Source: an uncultured Acidobacteriota bacterium (lineage in GTDB: Bacteria; Acidobacteriota; Vicinamibacteria; Vicinamibacterales; Vicinamibacteraceae). From it: a stretch of 64,000 bases of DNA. Made by a program: the position numbers and the translations under genes. Shown one piece after another: positions 19,935-30,193 of this stretch. The notes under the pieces were generated by a model. The model was given only the letters and a program-made list of their open reading frames with translations. It was not told the origin of the DNA and searched no databases. The stretch's first letter is position 1; each line of letters starts with the position of its first letter. The stretch lies in assembly GCA_963715265.1 (NCBI GenBank), contig CAVQRQ010000012.1, positions 7,387-71,386 on the forward strand, written 5' to 3'.

Positions 19935-21922
19935 GGCGTGCGCGCCGTGCCGTCGCGTGCCGTCGCCGCTTCCCTCTCCCCGCGCGGTAGCGGTAGCGGC
20001 ATCCACCTCGGACTGCCCGGGAGCAATCGGGCGCGGAGGACTCGCGCCACTCGCTCGGGTCCGTCCTCCGCCGCACGCCGGACCTCCGCCACCCATGCCG
20101 CGTCGGCGCGGTCGAGCGCTACCAGTTCAGGAAGGAGCCTGCCAAGCGACACTCCCGGAGCCTCGAGCTGCTGCAGGAGCGCGAGGCCCGCCGCTCGGCG
20201 CGTGACCGGAGTCAGCAACTCCCACCGGCTGGAGGAGGCCTGCTCCCGGTCGCCCTGCAGGCGTCGTCCGGTGTCGATCTGGACCGGTGCCGGCAGTGTG
20301 CGCATGAAGTAGCGCGCCTTGCCGAAAGCTGCCTGCAGGGCCTGCAGCGCGCGGTACTCGAAGGTCAGCGCGTCCCTGACTCGCGCGTCGGTGAGGCGGG
20401 TCTCCGCCTGCGACATCTCGCGCACCGCGACGGTGAGATCATTCTGGCCACGGTTGTCGAGCCGGCCGGCTTCGACCTCGTGCGAGTGTGCCGCCTCCTC
20501 GAACTCGTCCTCGACTTCGCCGCCCAGCATGAACACGAACTCGGCTCGCACACGCCGCTGGGCGATGGCCAGCACCTGGGACTCCTGCCGGAACTCCTCG
20601 GTGCTCATGCGGGCCTGCCGCTCCAGCAGCCGTTCGGTCAACTGGATCACCATGCGCTGGCTGAGCGCGAAGCGTTCTTCGGGATCCGGCAGGCTGAAGT
20701 CGCCTGCCGCCACCGCGCCGGGACGGGCGATCTCGATGAGGAACTGCTCCGATTCCGAGGCGCCCTCCGGTCCGGGACGCGCATCGTGGGCGACGGCGCG
20801 ATAGGCCACCGTGTCACCGGGCCCGAGGCCGAGGGTTGCCAGATCCAGCGTGTAGTCTCCAGCCCACTCCGTCGGCGAGAGCCTCCTGACGCGCACGGGC
20901 CACTCGCCGTCCTCGAACGTGAAGCTCTCTCCACTGCCTGACACACGCGTGAAGCGGAGGCGCAGGTCTCGCAGGCCGATGTCGTCGCGCGCCGCGAGGC
21001 GGATCTCCACGGTGCCCGACGCCGAGGCGCGGCGCAGGTCGGCGCCGGGCGCAGTGACGCGAACGCCAGGCGCGTCGTCGGGCACGACCACCAGGGTGAC
21101 GGCCGCGCGCACCGCCCCGCCCGTGTCCTCGACGAGCAGGACATCGGACTCGACCGCCGTGAGGTTCGCCACGATCGCCGCAGGGGCGCCTCGCAGCTCG
21201 AGCGGCATGTCGCCGAGGCGGGCCTTCGCGTCGCGAGGCCAGCCCGTGAACGTCACCTCGAGCCGCGACCCGGCAAGCACCTCGAGACTCGACGGCTGTT
21301 CGACCCGGAACGCCTGCCGCCCTGTGTAGCGCGGCGGCAACACGGCCACGGTCCACCGCAGCGTCACTCCCGCCGCATCAGCGGCGGCCATCTCCTGCAC
21401 GCGCCGCACCTCGGCTGGTGCGCGGCGTGCCGGCACGGCGATCAGCGCCGCGACAACGCCAAGGGCGAGGAACCCGAGCACCGCGGCCCACCCGCCGCGG
21501 GATCCCGGTCGCACCACCCCGCCGGCGCCGAGGACGTGCCGCGCATGTGCCGCAAGGCGTATCCGCACGCGCGGCGGCACGCGTGTGCGAGTCTCCTCCC
21601 ACGCGACGAGCGCGTTCCGCAAGTCCGGATGGGCACGCTCGGTCGCGGCGAGCAGGAACCGGATATCGCGCAGGTCCTCGGCGCCCATGAGCGTCAGACA
21701 CGTGCCGAGCACGCCGAGCACACCCGCCACGAGTCCCGCTGTCGGCACCTCGCCTTCGAGCAGCGCCGTCGTCACCCCGGCGAGACCAACGCCGATGGCC
21801 AGGCCACGAGCCGCTACCCACAGACGCCAGCGCCGCCACGACGCGCCGAGCCAGGCCTCGAGCCACGCGTCGTCCGAGTTGCGGTCGCTTCCGCTCCCGT
21901 CCGGCAGGTGGTCAGGCCCCAT
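19931..21922 (-). CDS. Membrane protein with Ig-like and coiled-coil regions (DUF4175-like)
   Basis: Three N-terminal TMs, PPRYTG and PDDAPGV..ARDDIGL..GSGE motifs, helical C-terminus. Confidence 0.65.
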   Translation of the reverse strand: MGPDHLPDGSGSDRNSDDAWLEAWLGASWRRWRLWVAARGLAIGVGLAGVTTALLEGEVPTAGLVAGVLGVLGTCLTLMGAEDLRDIRFLLAATERAHPDLRNALVAWEETRTRVPPRVRIRLAAHARHVLGAGGVVRPGSRGGWAAVLGFLALGVVAALIAVPARRAPAEVRRVQEMAAADAAGVTLRWTVAVLPPRYTGRQAFRVEQPSSLEVLAGSRLEVTFTGWPRDAKARLGDMPLELRGAPAAIVANLTAVESDVLLVEDTGGAVRAAVTLVVVPDDAPGVRVTAPGADLRRASASGTVEIRLAARDDIGLRDLRLRFTRVSGSGESFTFEDGEWPVRVRRLSPTEWAGDYTLDLATLGLGPGDTVAYRAVAHDARPGPEGASESEQFLIEIARPGAVAAGDFSLPDPEERFALSQRMVIQLTERLLERQARMSTEEFRQESQVLAIAQRRVRAEFVFMLGGEVEDEFEEAAHSHEVEAGRLDNRGQNDLTVAVREMSQAETRLTDARVRDALTFEYRALQALQAAFGKARYFMRTLPAPVQIDTGRRLQGDREQASSSRWELLTPVTRRAAGLALLQQLEAPGVSLGRLLPELVALDRADAAWVAEVRRAAEDGPERVARVLRARLLPGSPRWMPLPLPRGEREAATARDGTARTP

Positions 21923-23111
21923 GACCGGCCACTTCGACGCGCGCGCGTGCCGGTCGGCGCCGGAGGTACTGCTCGAGTGCGAGCAGGCCCAACGCGACAA
22001 CCCAAGCCCCGCGTGTGTCCAACCCGCCCGGGAGGGGAGCAGGCGGCGGCATCACCGCCTCGCGGCGGCTGGCCGTGACGTCGGCGGCGGTCCAGCGCTC
22101 CGCCGCCGGCGCCGCATCCCACGGGCGCGCGAGTGACTCGAGCGCCGCCACGATGGACCACCACGCCAGCGGACTGGCAGGCGTGGCGTCGAGTTCCAGT
22201 ATCAACCTCGAGCCATCGGCCCACCCGCGCAGCATCGGCTCCCCGTGTGGTGCGCGCACCAGCAGGCGCCCGTGAGTACGGTCCGGATCATCGACGGTCC
22301 TTCTGGCGTCGGGTAACGACCGCTCGGCTGCCTCGCGGACCCGGGGATCGGTCGCCATCTCGTCGAGCGCGCCAGACAGCGCCTCCGTGCCGGCCCCGCG
22401 CGCGCCGGGTGAGGCCGCACGTCCTCCGGGCCACCCGATGTCGACCGACCATGGGCTTCGCAGGGCCGTGAGGGACCGAACAGCCGTCAGGGTCGTCTCC
22501 CGCAGGTCCTCATCGACGGCGGCGGCGCGGATGTCGATCGAGCCCGCCGCGATCGGCGCGGCACCCGCCACCTCCAACGGGACGAGCCGCAGGCCGATGG
22601 TGTCCGGGATGTCGGCAAGGTCCGCGGGGACAAGCGCCGTGCGAGAGCCGTCCCACAGGATCACGATCTCCGTCCGGCGGCGGGCGGCCTCGCGTGCGCC
22701 GACGGCGATGGCCTCGTCGAGCAACGCCGGTATCGCCCCGGGGCCCATCACCGTCGACGAACTCGCCGCGCGCCGTTCACTGTCGACGACATCCCCTCCG
22801 ACTCCGGCAATGGATGCGTCGAGTACGAGCACGCGATGGAGCCCGCTGCGCCAGGCTGACGCACGCCACGACGCATTCAGCGTCGGGCCCGCGGCCGCCG
22901 CGCACACGGCCGACACGATCGCGAGGCGCAGGAGGAACAACGGCACATCTTGCAGGCGTCGGAGCCGACGCGAGATGGGCGAGGCGGCCAGCAGGAATCG
23001 GAGCGTGGGGAACGGGACGGGTGCCGGCCGCTTCCTCGACCAGAGGTGAGCGAGCAGTGGCAACGCCGCGGCCACGGCGAGGCCCCACGCCCACGGCAGC
23101 GCCCAGGTCAC
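21912..23111 (-). CDS. BatA-domain protein (N-terminal double TM, degenerate VWA)
   Basis: PLLAHLW..PFPTLRFL..LLRLA BatA signature, LVLDAS, C-terminal TM. Confidence 0.8.
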   Translation of the reverse strand: MTWALPWAWGLAVAAALPLLAHLWSRKRPAPVPFPTLRFLLAASPISRRLRRLQDVPLFLLRLAIVSAVCAAAAGPTLNASWRASAWRSGLHRVLVLDASIAGVGGDVVDSERRAASSSTVMGPGAIPALLDEAIAVGAREAARRRTEIVILWDGSRTALVPADLADIPDTIGLRLVPLEVAGAAPIAAGSIDIRAAAVDEDLRETTLTAVRSLTALRSPWSVDIGWPGGRAASPGARGAGTEALSGALDEMATDPRVREAAERSLPDARRTVDDPDRTHGRLLVRAPHGEPMLRGWADGSRLILELDATPASPLAWWSIVAALESLARPWDAAPAAERWTAADVTASRREAVMPPPAPLPGGLDTRGAWVVALGLLALEQYLRRRPARARVEVAGHGA

Positions 23112-24019
23112 CGGGGCCCCGCCGCCTGTCGGGCCCGCTGCTGGCTGAAGGCGCGCAGCGCCAGGTCGATCGGACCATCGGTTGCGACGTCCACCAACGT
23201 GACGCCCTCCGAGGCGGCAAAGGCGCGGTGAGCCGTGATGAAGGCGGACATGCGGCGGGCGTAGGCCTCGCGGACGGCTGGCGTGCTCGTGACGAGGCGC
23301 TCACCGGTCTCGAGGTCGACGAACTCGACGTCCCCGCGCGCGGGCAGCGTCAGCTCCTCGGGAGTCAGGATCTGGAACACGACGACCTCATGGCCCATCC
23401 GCCTTGCCTCGCGCAGCGCCGGGTGCAAGTCATCGCCTCCGTACAGGTCCGAGATGAGCACCACACAGCCGCGCCGGCCGAGTCGCCCCGTCGCCCGGCG
23501 TAAGGCGTTCGCGAGGTCGGTGCCCCCCTGGGCCACGGTGCGGGACAGGAGGCTCAGCGCGCGGACCAGATGGGGGCGCCCCGTGCGCGCAGGCAGCGCC
23601 CCAATCGTCTCGGCACCATGGGTCACCAACCCTACCGCCTCTCCCTGCTGCACGAGCAGGTACGCGAGGGCTGCGGCAAGCAAACGTCCCACCTGGAGCT
23701 TGGTCACGCCGTGGCCATCGGCAAAGGACATCGACGCGCTCGTATCGAGGGTCAGCATCACCGGCCACTCCGTCGTCGCCCGATACATCCGTGTGAACAG
23801 GCAATCGGTGCGGGCGTAGTGTTTCCAGTCCAGATGCTTCAGGTCGTCGCCCGGAAGATACGGACGCATCTGCTGGAACTCGGCTCCCGTGCCGGTGAAC
23901 GGGCTCCGGTGCGCACCGAGGCGCGCGCCCTCGACGATCAGCCGGGCCGCGAGTTCGAGGTCCGCGATTCGGGCCAGCAGCGCGGGGTCGAGCGTCAGGA
24001 GCGGGGCCGCGCCGCTCAC
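23108..24019 (-). CDS. DUF58 VWA-like protein
   Basis: GAHRS..GAEFQQMRPYLPGDDLKHLDWK, MIDAS-like DTSASM, VLISD. Confidence 0.9.
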   Translation of the reverse strand: MSGAAPLLTLDPALLARIADLELAARLIVEGARLGAHRSPFTGTGAEFQQMRPYLPGDDLKHLDWKHYARTDCLFTRMYRATTEWPVMLTLDTSASMSFADGHGVTKLQVGRLLAAALAYLLVQQGEAVGLVTHGAETIGALPARTGRPHLVRALSLLSRTVAQGGTDLANALRRATGRLGRRGCVVLISDLYGGDDLHPALREARRMGHEVVVFQILTPEELTLPARGDVEFVDLETGERLVTSTPAVREAYARRMSAFITAHRAFAASEGVTLVDVATDGPIDLALRAFSQQRARQAAGPR

Positions 24020-25008
24020 GTTCGCGCGGAGACCTCGTCGAGCAGGCGACTGACCAGAGCGTCCGCGTCGAGGCCCTCCGCCTCCGCCTGGAAGTTCACC
24101 AGGACACGATGCCGCAGGACGGGCAGCGCAAGCGCCTGCACGTCCTCGAGCGCAACGGTGGCGCGTCCCTCGAGCAGCGCCCGAGCCTTGCCACACAGCA
24201 ACAGCGCCTGACCCGCACGCGGACCCGCTCCCCAGCGCACGTACCGCGAGATGACGGGCGTCGCCTCCGGGGTCCCGGGCCGCGTCGCACGGACGAGTCG
24301 GGCCGCGTACTCGACAACGTTGCGTGCAGCCGGGATCTCCCGTACCAACCCGTGGACCGCGGCGATGTCTGCACCGCTCGCAACCACCCGTGGCGCTGCC
24401 GTCGGCAGGGCCGTCGTCTGGACGAGCATCTGCTGTTCCTCCTCGGCGCTCGGATAGCCGATCACGACATTCAGCAGGAACCTGTCGAGCTGGGCTTCCG
24501 GTAGGCTGTAGGTGCCCTCCTGTTCGATCGGATTCTGGGTGGCCAGCACGAACTGAGGCGCCGGCAGGTCGTAGCGGATGCCCCCGACGGTGACCTGCCG
24601 CTCCTGCATGGCTTCGAGCAGGGCGGCCTGCGTGCGTGGTGGCGTGCGGTTGATCTCGTCGGCCAGGAGGATGTGGGCGAACACCGGGCCACGCATGAAG
24701 CGCACCTCCCGCCGTCCCGTCGCGCGATCCTCCTCGATGACCTCGGCCCCCACGATGTCGGAGGGCATCAGGTCGGGAGTGAACTGAATGCGGTTGAACG
24801 AGAGGTCGACCGTCCGGGCGAGGGTCTTGATGATGAGCGTCTTGGCCAGGCCCGGCACGCCGCGGAGGAGGCAGTGTCCGCCAGCGAAGAACGTGGTCAG
24901 GATCTCGCGAAGCACCTGGCGCTGGCCGACGATCGTCCGCCCGAGCTCCGTCTCCAATTGCTGACCGAGGGCGGCCGCGTCGTCGATCGACAACTCACGC
25001 GTGGGCAT
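24016..25008 (-). CDS. MoxR-family AAA+ ATPase
   Basis: GVPGLAKT, RIQFTPDLMPSDI, LADEINR, ATQNPIEQEGTY.LPEAQLDRF. Confidence 0.95.
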   Translation of the reverse strand: MPTRELSIDDAAALGQQLETELGRTIVGQRQVLREILTTFFAGGHCLLRGVPGLAKTLIIKTLARTVDLSFNRIQFTPDLMPSDIVGAEVIEEDRATGRREVRFMRGPVFAHILLADEINRTPPRTQAALLEAMQERQVTVGGIRYDLPAPQFVLATQNPIEQEGTYSLPEAQLDRFLLNVVIGYPSAEEEQQMLVQTTALPTAAPRVVASGADIAAVHGLVREIPAARNVVEYAARLVRATRPGTPEATPVISRYVRWGAGPRAGQALLLCGKARALLEGRATVALEDVQALALPVLRHRVLVNFQAEAEGLDADALVSRLLDEVSART

Positions 25009-25144
25009 CTGGCGAGCGATTGTAGCAATCGTCCCTGCCGTCGCGTGCCCCGGCCAACGTGACCCGGGCTGCGTTGACAGGCCCGCAGGCCCGCGCTACG
25101 CTTCACCGGCTTCGGCGGCGGCTCCGCCCAGGCGAGCGACCCTC

Positions 25145-26095
25145 ATGCCAACCACCTCCAAGTGGGAATCCCTTCCCACTGAAGCCATCAACCCGAACAG
25201 TCTGGATCTCGATACCGCCTCGATCGGCGACGTGATCGACCTGATGGTCGCCGAGGACCGCAAGGTCGTCGCCGCAGTGCATCGGGAGAAGGAGCGGATC
25301 ACGGCCGGTGTCCAGATGGTCACCGAGTCGTTCCGCAAGGGGGGACGGGTCATCTTCGTGGGGGCCGGTACCAGCGGCCGCCTCGGCGTCGTCGAAGCGG
25401 CCGAGATGCCCCCCACCTTCGGGGTGTCGAACACTCGTGTGCGCGCGATCATGGCCGGTGGCAAGGAAGCGGTCTTCCAGCCGAAGGAAGGCGTCGAAGA
25501 CGACTACGAGGAAGGCGCGCGCGCCATCGCGCGCCTGCGTCCGCAGAAGCGCGACGTCGTGATCGGCATTTCGGCGAGTGGAGTGACCCCGTTCGTCCGC
25601 GGTGCGCTCACACGCGCGCGCAAGGCGGGGCTGCGGATCATCTTCGTGACCTGCTGGCCCGGCAGCGAGCTCCAGACGTTCGTCGACCTCATCATCGCGC
25701 CGGCTGTCGGGCCCGAGGTGTTGACAGGGTCGACGCGTCTGAAGGCAGGCACCGCGACGAAGATGGTCCTGAACATGCTCACGACCATCGCGATGGTGCG
25801 CAGCGGCAAGACGTACGGCAACCTGATGGTCGACGTGCAGGCCACCAACGACAAGCTGAAGGACCGCGCGCGGCGCATCATCGCCACCGCCACCGGTGTG
25901 GACTACGAGAAAGCCGGCAAGCTCCTCAAGTCGGCCCGCAACGACGTCAAGGCGGCCATCGTCATGCAGCAGACCGGCCTGCCCCTCTCGAAGGCCCTGG
26001 GCATGCTGCGCAAGTCGCACGACTCGGTCCGCGAAGCCGTCGGCGAGGACGCCGAACCCCGGCTGCGCGCGCTGCTCGGCCTGGACAAGAAGTAG
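25145..26095 (+). CDS. murQ: N-acetylmuramic acid 6-phosphate etherase
   Basis: GAGTSGRLG, GPEVLTGSTRLKAGTATK, YGNLMVDV. Confidence 0.93.
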   Translation: MPTTSKWESLPTEAINPNSLDLDTASIGDVIDLMVAEDRKVVAAVHREKERITAGVQMVTESFRKGGRVIFVGAGTSGRLGVVEAAEMPPTFGVSNTRVRAIMAGGKEAVFQPKEGVEDDYEEGARAIARLRPQKRDVVIGISASGVTPFVRGALTRARKAGLRIIFVTCWPGSELQTFVDLIIAPAVGPEVLTGSTRLKAGTATKMVLNMLTTIAMVRSGKTYGNLMVDVQATNDKLKDRARRIIATATGVDYEKAGKLLKSARNDVKAAIVMQQTGLPLSKALGMLRKSHDSVREAVGEDAEPRLRALLGLDKK

Positions 26096-26127
26096 CCCGG
26101 GTCGCGCACGCGCGACCCGACCAGACC

Positions 26128-26859
26128 CTATCGGATCGCCGCGGCCGCCTCGCTGTCGCAGATCAGTTCGACGTCCCCGTGCAGTTGCAGGAACGAGGCG
26201 GGCAACTGCGTCGTCACCGGGCCGTTGAGCATCGCGGCAACCGTCGCCGCCTTCTCTTCTCCCGTGACGAGCAGCAGGATGCGTCGCGCCTTGAGGATGG
26301 TGCCCATGCCCATCGTCATCGCCTCGGCGGGCACCTGGGCGGGATCCCCACCGAAGAACCCGGCATTGGCCTGCCGCGAGGGCTCGAGCAGCCGCACGCG
26401 GTGGGTGCGGGCCTGCAGGCTGGCGTCGGGCTCGTTGAACCCGATGTGGCCGTTGGCGCCGAGACCGAGGATCATCAGGTCGATCCCGCCGGCCTCCTCG
26501 ATGCGTGATTCGAACCGCGCGCATTCGGCATCGGGATCCGCGGCGAGTCCGTCGAGCACGTGGCCCTGCCCCGCCGGCACGCCGACGCGGTCGAACAGGT
26601 ACCGTCGCATGTAGGCCCTGTAGCTGCCCTCGTGATCCTCGCCGATGCCCACGAACTCGTCGAGGTTGAACGTGGTGACCTGCGAGAAGTCGAGTTCGCC
26701 GGCCGCGTGCTGCTCCGCGAGCAGGTCGTACAACAGGATTGGCGTGCGGCCCGTGGGCAGGCCCAGCACGGCGCGTGGGTTGTCGTGCAGGAGGTCCGTC
26801 ACGCGTTGGCACGCGAGATCGGCAACATCCTGCGGGTCGTCACAGAGCGAGATGATCAC
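26128..26859 (-). CDS. nagB: Glucosamine-6-phosphate deaminase
   Basis: LGLPTGRTP, FNLDEF, GANGHIGFNEP, PASFLQLH. Confidence 0.93.
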   Translation of the reverse strand: MIISLCDDPQDVADLACQRVTDLLHDNPRAVLGLPTGRTPILLYDLLAEQHAAGELDFSQVTTFNLDEFVGIGEDHEGSYRAYMRRYLFDRVGVPAGQGHVLDGLAADPDAECARFESRIEEAGGIDLMILGLGANGHIGFNEPDASLQARTHRVRLLEPSRQANAGFFGGDPAQVPAEAMTMGMGTILKARRILLLVTGEEKAATVAAMLNGPVTTQLPASFLQLHGDVELICDSEAAAAIR

Positions 26860-27814
26860 GAGTCTTGTACTTGGGAAGAGAGGCGCCGCCCCGGGCTTCC
26901 GCGAGTGCCAGGCGGACGGCGCCGATCGCCGGTTCGGTGGTGAGCAGGTGCACGCTGCCCGTTGGCACGATGTCCGACACGCGCGCCCGGAGCGCGTCCT
27001 GCAGCCAGGGCACGGCATGGAACGCGCCCCCGGCCATCACCACGGGGAAGTCATCCGACAGATCGAGCTGCCTGATGACGGAGTGCACTGCCGCGGACAA
27101 TTCGTCAGCCGCATCTGACGCGATTCTGGCGGCCACGCCATCGCCGTCCTTCCGGGCCTGCTCGACGAGGCGCGCCCCACGCGCGATGTCGCCGGGCTTC
27201 AGGTAGTGCCGGTACACCTCGCGCACCAGTTCCTCCGGCCTGGACACGCCGAAGAACTCGAGGACCAGCGGCGAGAGGGCAGTGGCCGGCCCACGGCCGT
27301 CGGCGGCCCTCACCACGGCCCGCAGCGCCTGCCGCCCGATCCAGAAGCCACTCCCCTCGTCTGCCAGCAGGTAGCCCCATCCGCCGGCCCGCGCCGCCTC
27401 GTTCCGGGCGTTCCGACCGTAGGCGATGGAGCCCGTCCCGGCGATCACCACGACACCCGGTTGCACGCCCGCGCCAGCCACCAGCGCGATGAGCGCGTCG
27501 TTCGTGATGAGGACCTCGGCCCTGGCCCCGATGCGGCGCATGATGCCGCGGATGATCGCGTCGTCCTCGGCCCGATCCACGCCGGCGATGCCGAGGCAGA
27601 TGACGTCGGGTCGGAGGTGACCTTCGCCGAGCACGGCATCGATCACGTCGTGCAGGGTCTTCTCGACGGCCAGTTCGCCGTGGGCAGCCAGGTTCGCCCC
27701 GCCGCGCCGTGCGCGGCTGATCACCTCGCCGCGTCCATCGGCGAGGATGGCGTCCGTCTTGGACCCGCCGGCATCGATACCGATGACGAGTGGTGGGGAG
27801 GGCGAGCCCGGCAT
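26840..27814 (-). CDS. BadF/BadG/BcrA/BcrD-family N-acetylhexosamine kinase (MurK-like)
   Basis: GIDAGGSKT, ITNDA, IAGTGS, GGWGYLLADEGSG. Confidence 0.85.
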   Translation of the reverse strand: MPGSPSPPLVIGIDAGGSKTDAILADGRGEVISRARRGGANLAAHGELAVEKTLHDVIDAVLGEGHLRPDVICLGIAGVDRAEDDAIIRGIMRRIGARAEVLITNDALIALVAGAGVQPGVVVIAGTGSIAYGRNARNEAARAGGWGYLLADEGSGFWIGRQALRAVVRAADGRGPATALSPLVLEFFGVSRPEELVREVYRHYLKPGDIARGARLVEQARKDGDGVAARIASDAADELSAAVHSVIRQLDLSDDFPVVMAGGAFHAVPWLQDALRARVSDIVPTGSVHLLTTEPAIGAVRLALAEARGGASLPKYKTRDHLAL

Positions 27815-27870
27815 CACGCGAGCGGAGTATATACTTCGGGGGCGGCAACGAGTGCCGCGCCGCCCAGTCG

Positions 27871-29142
27871 ATGCCAGTGCACTCTCGCCGCGAGCTCCTG
27901 CGGCTTTCCCTCGCGACCCTGTCGAATGCGCTGTTCTGGACGCGTACCGCGACGGCGCACGCGTCCGGCGCCGCCGAGGTGCGGGGGCTCTGGGTCACCC
28001 GCAGCTGGATGACGACACCCGCGCAGGTGGCACAGGTGGTCCGCGACGCGCAGCGACACGGATTCACCGCCATATTCGCCCAGGTACGTGGGCGAGGCGA
28101 TGCGTTCTACCTTGGCGGCCCCGACCCGCGCGCCGCGCTGCTGGCGCGTCAGCCGGCGGCCTTCGATCCGCTCGCGGAGTTGCTGGGCCATGCCAGGAGT
28201 GCGGGGCTGCAGGTCCACGGATGGCTGAACGTCAACCTGGTCGCCGGCGCCACGGCCCTGCCGACAGCCCGGGAGCACGTGGTCGTGCAGCATCCCGAGT
28301 GGTTGATGGTGCCGCGCGCCCTCGCGCCCGCACTCCTGCGCCTGTCGCCGAGCGACCCTCGGTATCTCGCGGCTCTGGCCGCCTGGACCACACGTCACAG
28401 CGCCGCCGTGGAGGGCATCTTCGCGTCGCCGATCCCCGAAGGCGCGCACGAGCGGCTTGACGCGACGATCGACCACCTCACCTCGCGATATGCCCTCGAC
28501 GGGCTGCACCTCGACTACATCCGGTATCCCACGCCGGACTTCGACGTCAGTCGTGCGGCGCTCGATGCCTTCCGCGAGTCCCTGCGTCCGGAACTGACGC
28601 CCAAGGAACTGGCCGGACTCGATGCGCGCACCTCCGCCAACCCGCTCGCGTTCGTCGACCTCTACCCCGCGCGCTGGTCGGCGTTCCGTCGGGAGCGGTT
28701 GACACGCCTCGTCGTCCGGCTCGCCGGGACGGGGCGACGGCATCGACCCGCACTCCAGGTCACGACGGCCGTCTGGCCCGACGCCGAGCAGGCGCGCGAC
28801 GTCAAGTTGCAGGACTGGGCGCGCTGGCTCCGTGACGGCCTCATCGACGCCGCCTGCCCGATGATGTACATGACCAGTCGCGAGGCGTACGAGCGGCAAC
28901 TGCGTGTCCTGGCCGCCAGGCACGGGCGATCGATCTGGCCCGGGATCGGCGCCTACAAGATCGACGCCGCGGAAGCGGGTCGCCGCGTCGACACCGCGCG
29001 CGCCCACGGGTTCGAGGGCGTGATGCTCTACTCCTACGACAGCATGACCGGCGGGGCCGGCCGCCCGTCGCCCTATCTGGCTACGCTGCAGCGCCGTGCC
29101 TTCCCGCCCCTTGCCGTCGGCCAGACAGGTGCGGCCCGCTGA
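27871..29142 (+). CDS. GHL10 (DUF187/DigH-like) glycoside hydrolase with Tat signal
   Basis: SRRELL Tat motif, EVRGLWV, QVRGRGDAFY, DGLHLDYIRYP, PMMY. Confidence 0.85.
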   Translation: MPVHSRRELLRLSLATLSNALFWTRTATAHASGAAEVRGLWVTRSWMTTPAQVAQVVRDAQRHGFTAIFAQVRGRGDAFYLGGPDPRAALLARQPAAFDPLAELLGHARSAGLQVHGWLNVNLVAGATALPTAREHVVVQHPEWLMVPRALAPALLRLSPSDPRYLAALAAWTTRHSAAVEGIFASPIPEGAHERLDATIDHLTSRYALDGLHLDYIRYPTPDFDVSRAALDAFRESLRPELTPKELAGLDARTSANPLAFVDLYPARWSAFRRERLTRLVVRLAGTGRRHRPALQVTTAVWPDAEQARDVKLQDWARWLRDGLIDAACPMMYMTSREAYERQLRVLAARHGRSIWPGIGAYKIDAAEAGRRVDTARAHGFEGVMLYSYDSMTGGAGRPSPYLATLQRRAFPPLAVGQTGAAR

Positions 29143-30193
29143 GGCGCGTCCCGACGCGCCGGGCCTGACCGCGGCGGCCGCCTACCTCGACGCCTGCATC
29201 GCTGACGGCCTCCTGCCGGCGGCCGTCCTCGAGATTGGCTCGAGCGCCAGCGTGCGGGGCGCATCTGCCGCCGGCGCTCCCGATCACGCGATCTTCGACC
29301 TCGCGTCGCTCACCAAGGTGCTGGGCACCGGCCTCCTCGCGACACACCTGATGGGCAAACGCCAGTTCGACCTCGACGATCGGGTCCGGCGCTGGGTATC
29401 AGCCTGGCACGGTGCTGACCGCACGGACGTGCGGGTGAGGGATCTCCTCGCCCACGCGAGCGGATTGCCGGCGCACCTGCCCTTCCACGAACACCACAGC
29501 GGCGCCGACGCCATCGTCGCCGCGGCGGCCTCGACACCGCTCGCCTATGCACCCCGGTCGGCGGCGGTCTACAGCGACCTCGGGTTCATCGTCCTTGGGC
29601 GCGTGCTGGAGGCTGTCGGCGATGCTCCGCTTCGCGACCAGGTGCAGGCAGTGCTCCGTCTCGTGAGCGATGCGATGCCCGCCTGGGGCCCACTCGAACC
29701 CGGCGGGCGCGTCCAGACCACCGGATGGAGTGCGTGGCGCGGCCGAACGCTCACGGGTGAGGTACACGACGACACGGCAGCGGCCATGGGCGGCGTGGCT
29801 GGGCACGCCGGATTGTTCGGGACGGCCGCGGCCACCGGTGCCGTCGCGCGTGCCGTCCTCGCCGGCCTTCGCGGCAGAGACACGGCCCTCGCGCCAGCCT
29901 GGGCCGCGCGGGCGTGTGCCCGCCGGTCACCGGTCCCGGGTTCGTCCCGGGCGCTCGGGTGGGACACGGCCCTGCCCTCGTCCTCCTGCGGCCGCTTCCT
30001 CTCCGCGCACGCCGTCGGGCACACCGGCTTTACCGGAACCTCGCTGTGGGTCGACCCCGACCTCGACCTGTACGTGGTCCTGCTCACCAACCGCGTCGCT
30101 GGCCGCGCGAGTGCCGATGACATGGCCCGCATCCGGCGCACCGTGCACGAAATGGTCGGCGGCTCGTGGCGCGACGAGCATCGGCATGCGTGA
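29129..30193 (+). CDS. Serine hydrolase, beta-lactamase/AmiE-like family
   Basis: SxxK (FDLASLTK), YSDLG, GEVHDD, GHAGLF, GHTGFTG. Confidence 0.85.
   Translation: MRPAEARPDAPGLTAAAAYLDACIADGLLPAAVLEIGSSASVRGASAAGAPDHAIFDLASLTKVLGTGLLATHLMGKRQFDLDDRVRRWVSAWHGADRTDVRVRDLLAHASGLPAHLPFHEHHSGADAIVAAAASTPLAYAPRSAAVYSDLGFIVLGRVLEAVGDAPLRDQVQAVLRLVSDAMPAWGPLEPGGRVQTTGWSAWRGRTLTGEVHDDTAAAMGGVAGHAGLFGTAAATGAVARAVLAGLRGRDTALAPAWAARACARRSPVPGSSRALGWDTALPSSSCGRFLSAHAVGHTGFTGTSLWVDPDLDLYVVLLTNRVAGRASADDMARIRRTVHEMVGGSWRDEHRHA

Noticed and set aside
29129-30193. Beta-lactam resistance gene
   Set aside because: The SxxK fold is shared with esterases and amidases, no signal peptide is evident, and the murQ/nagB context favours cell-wall recycling.
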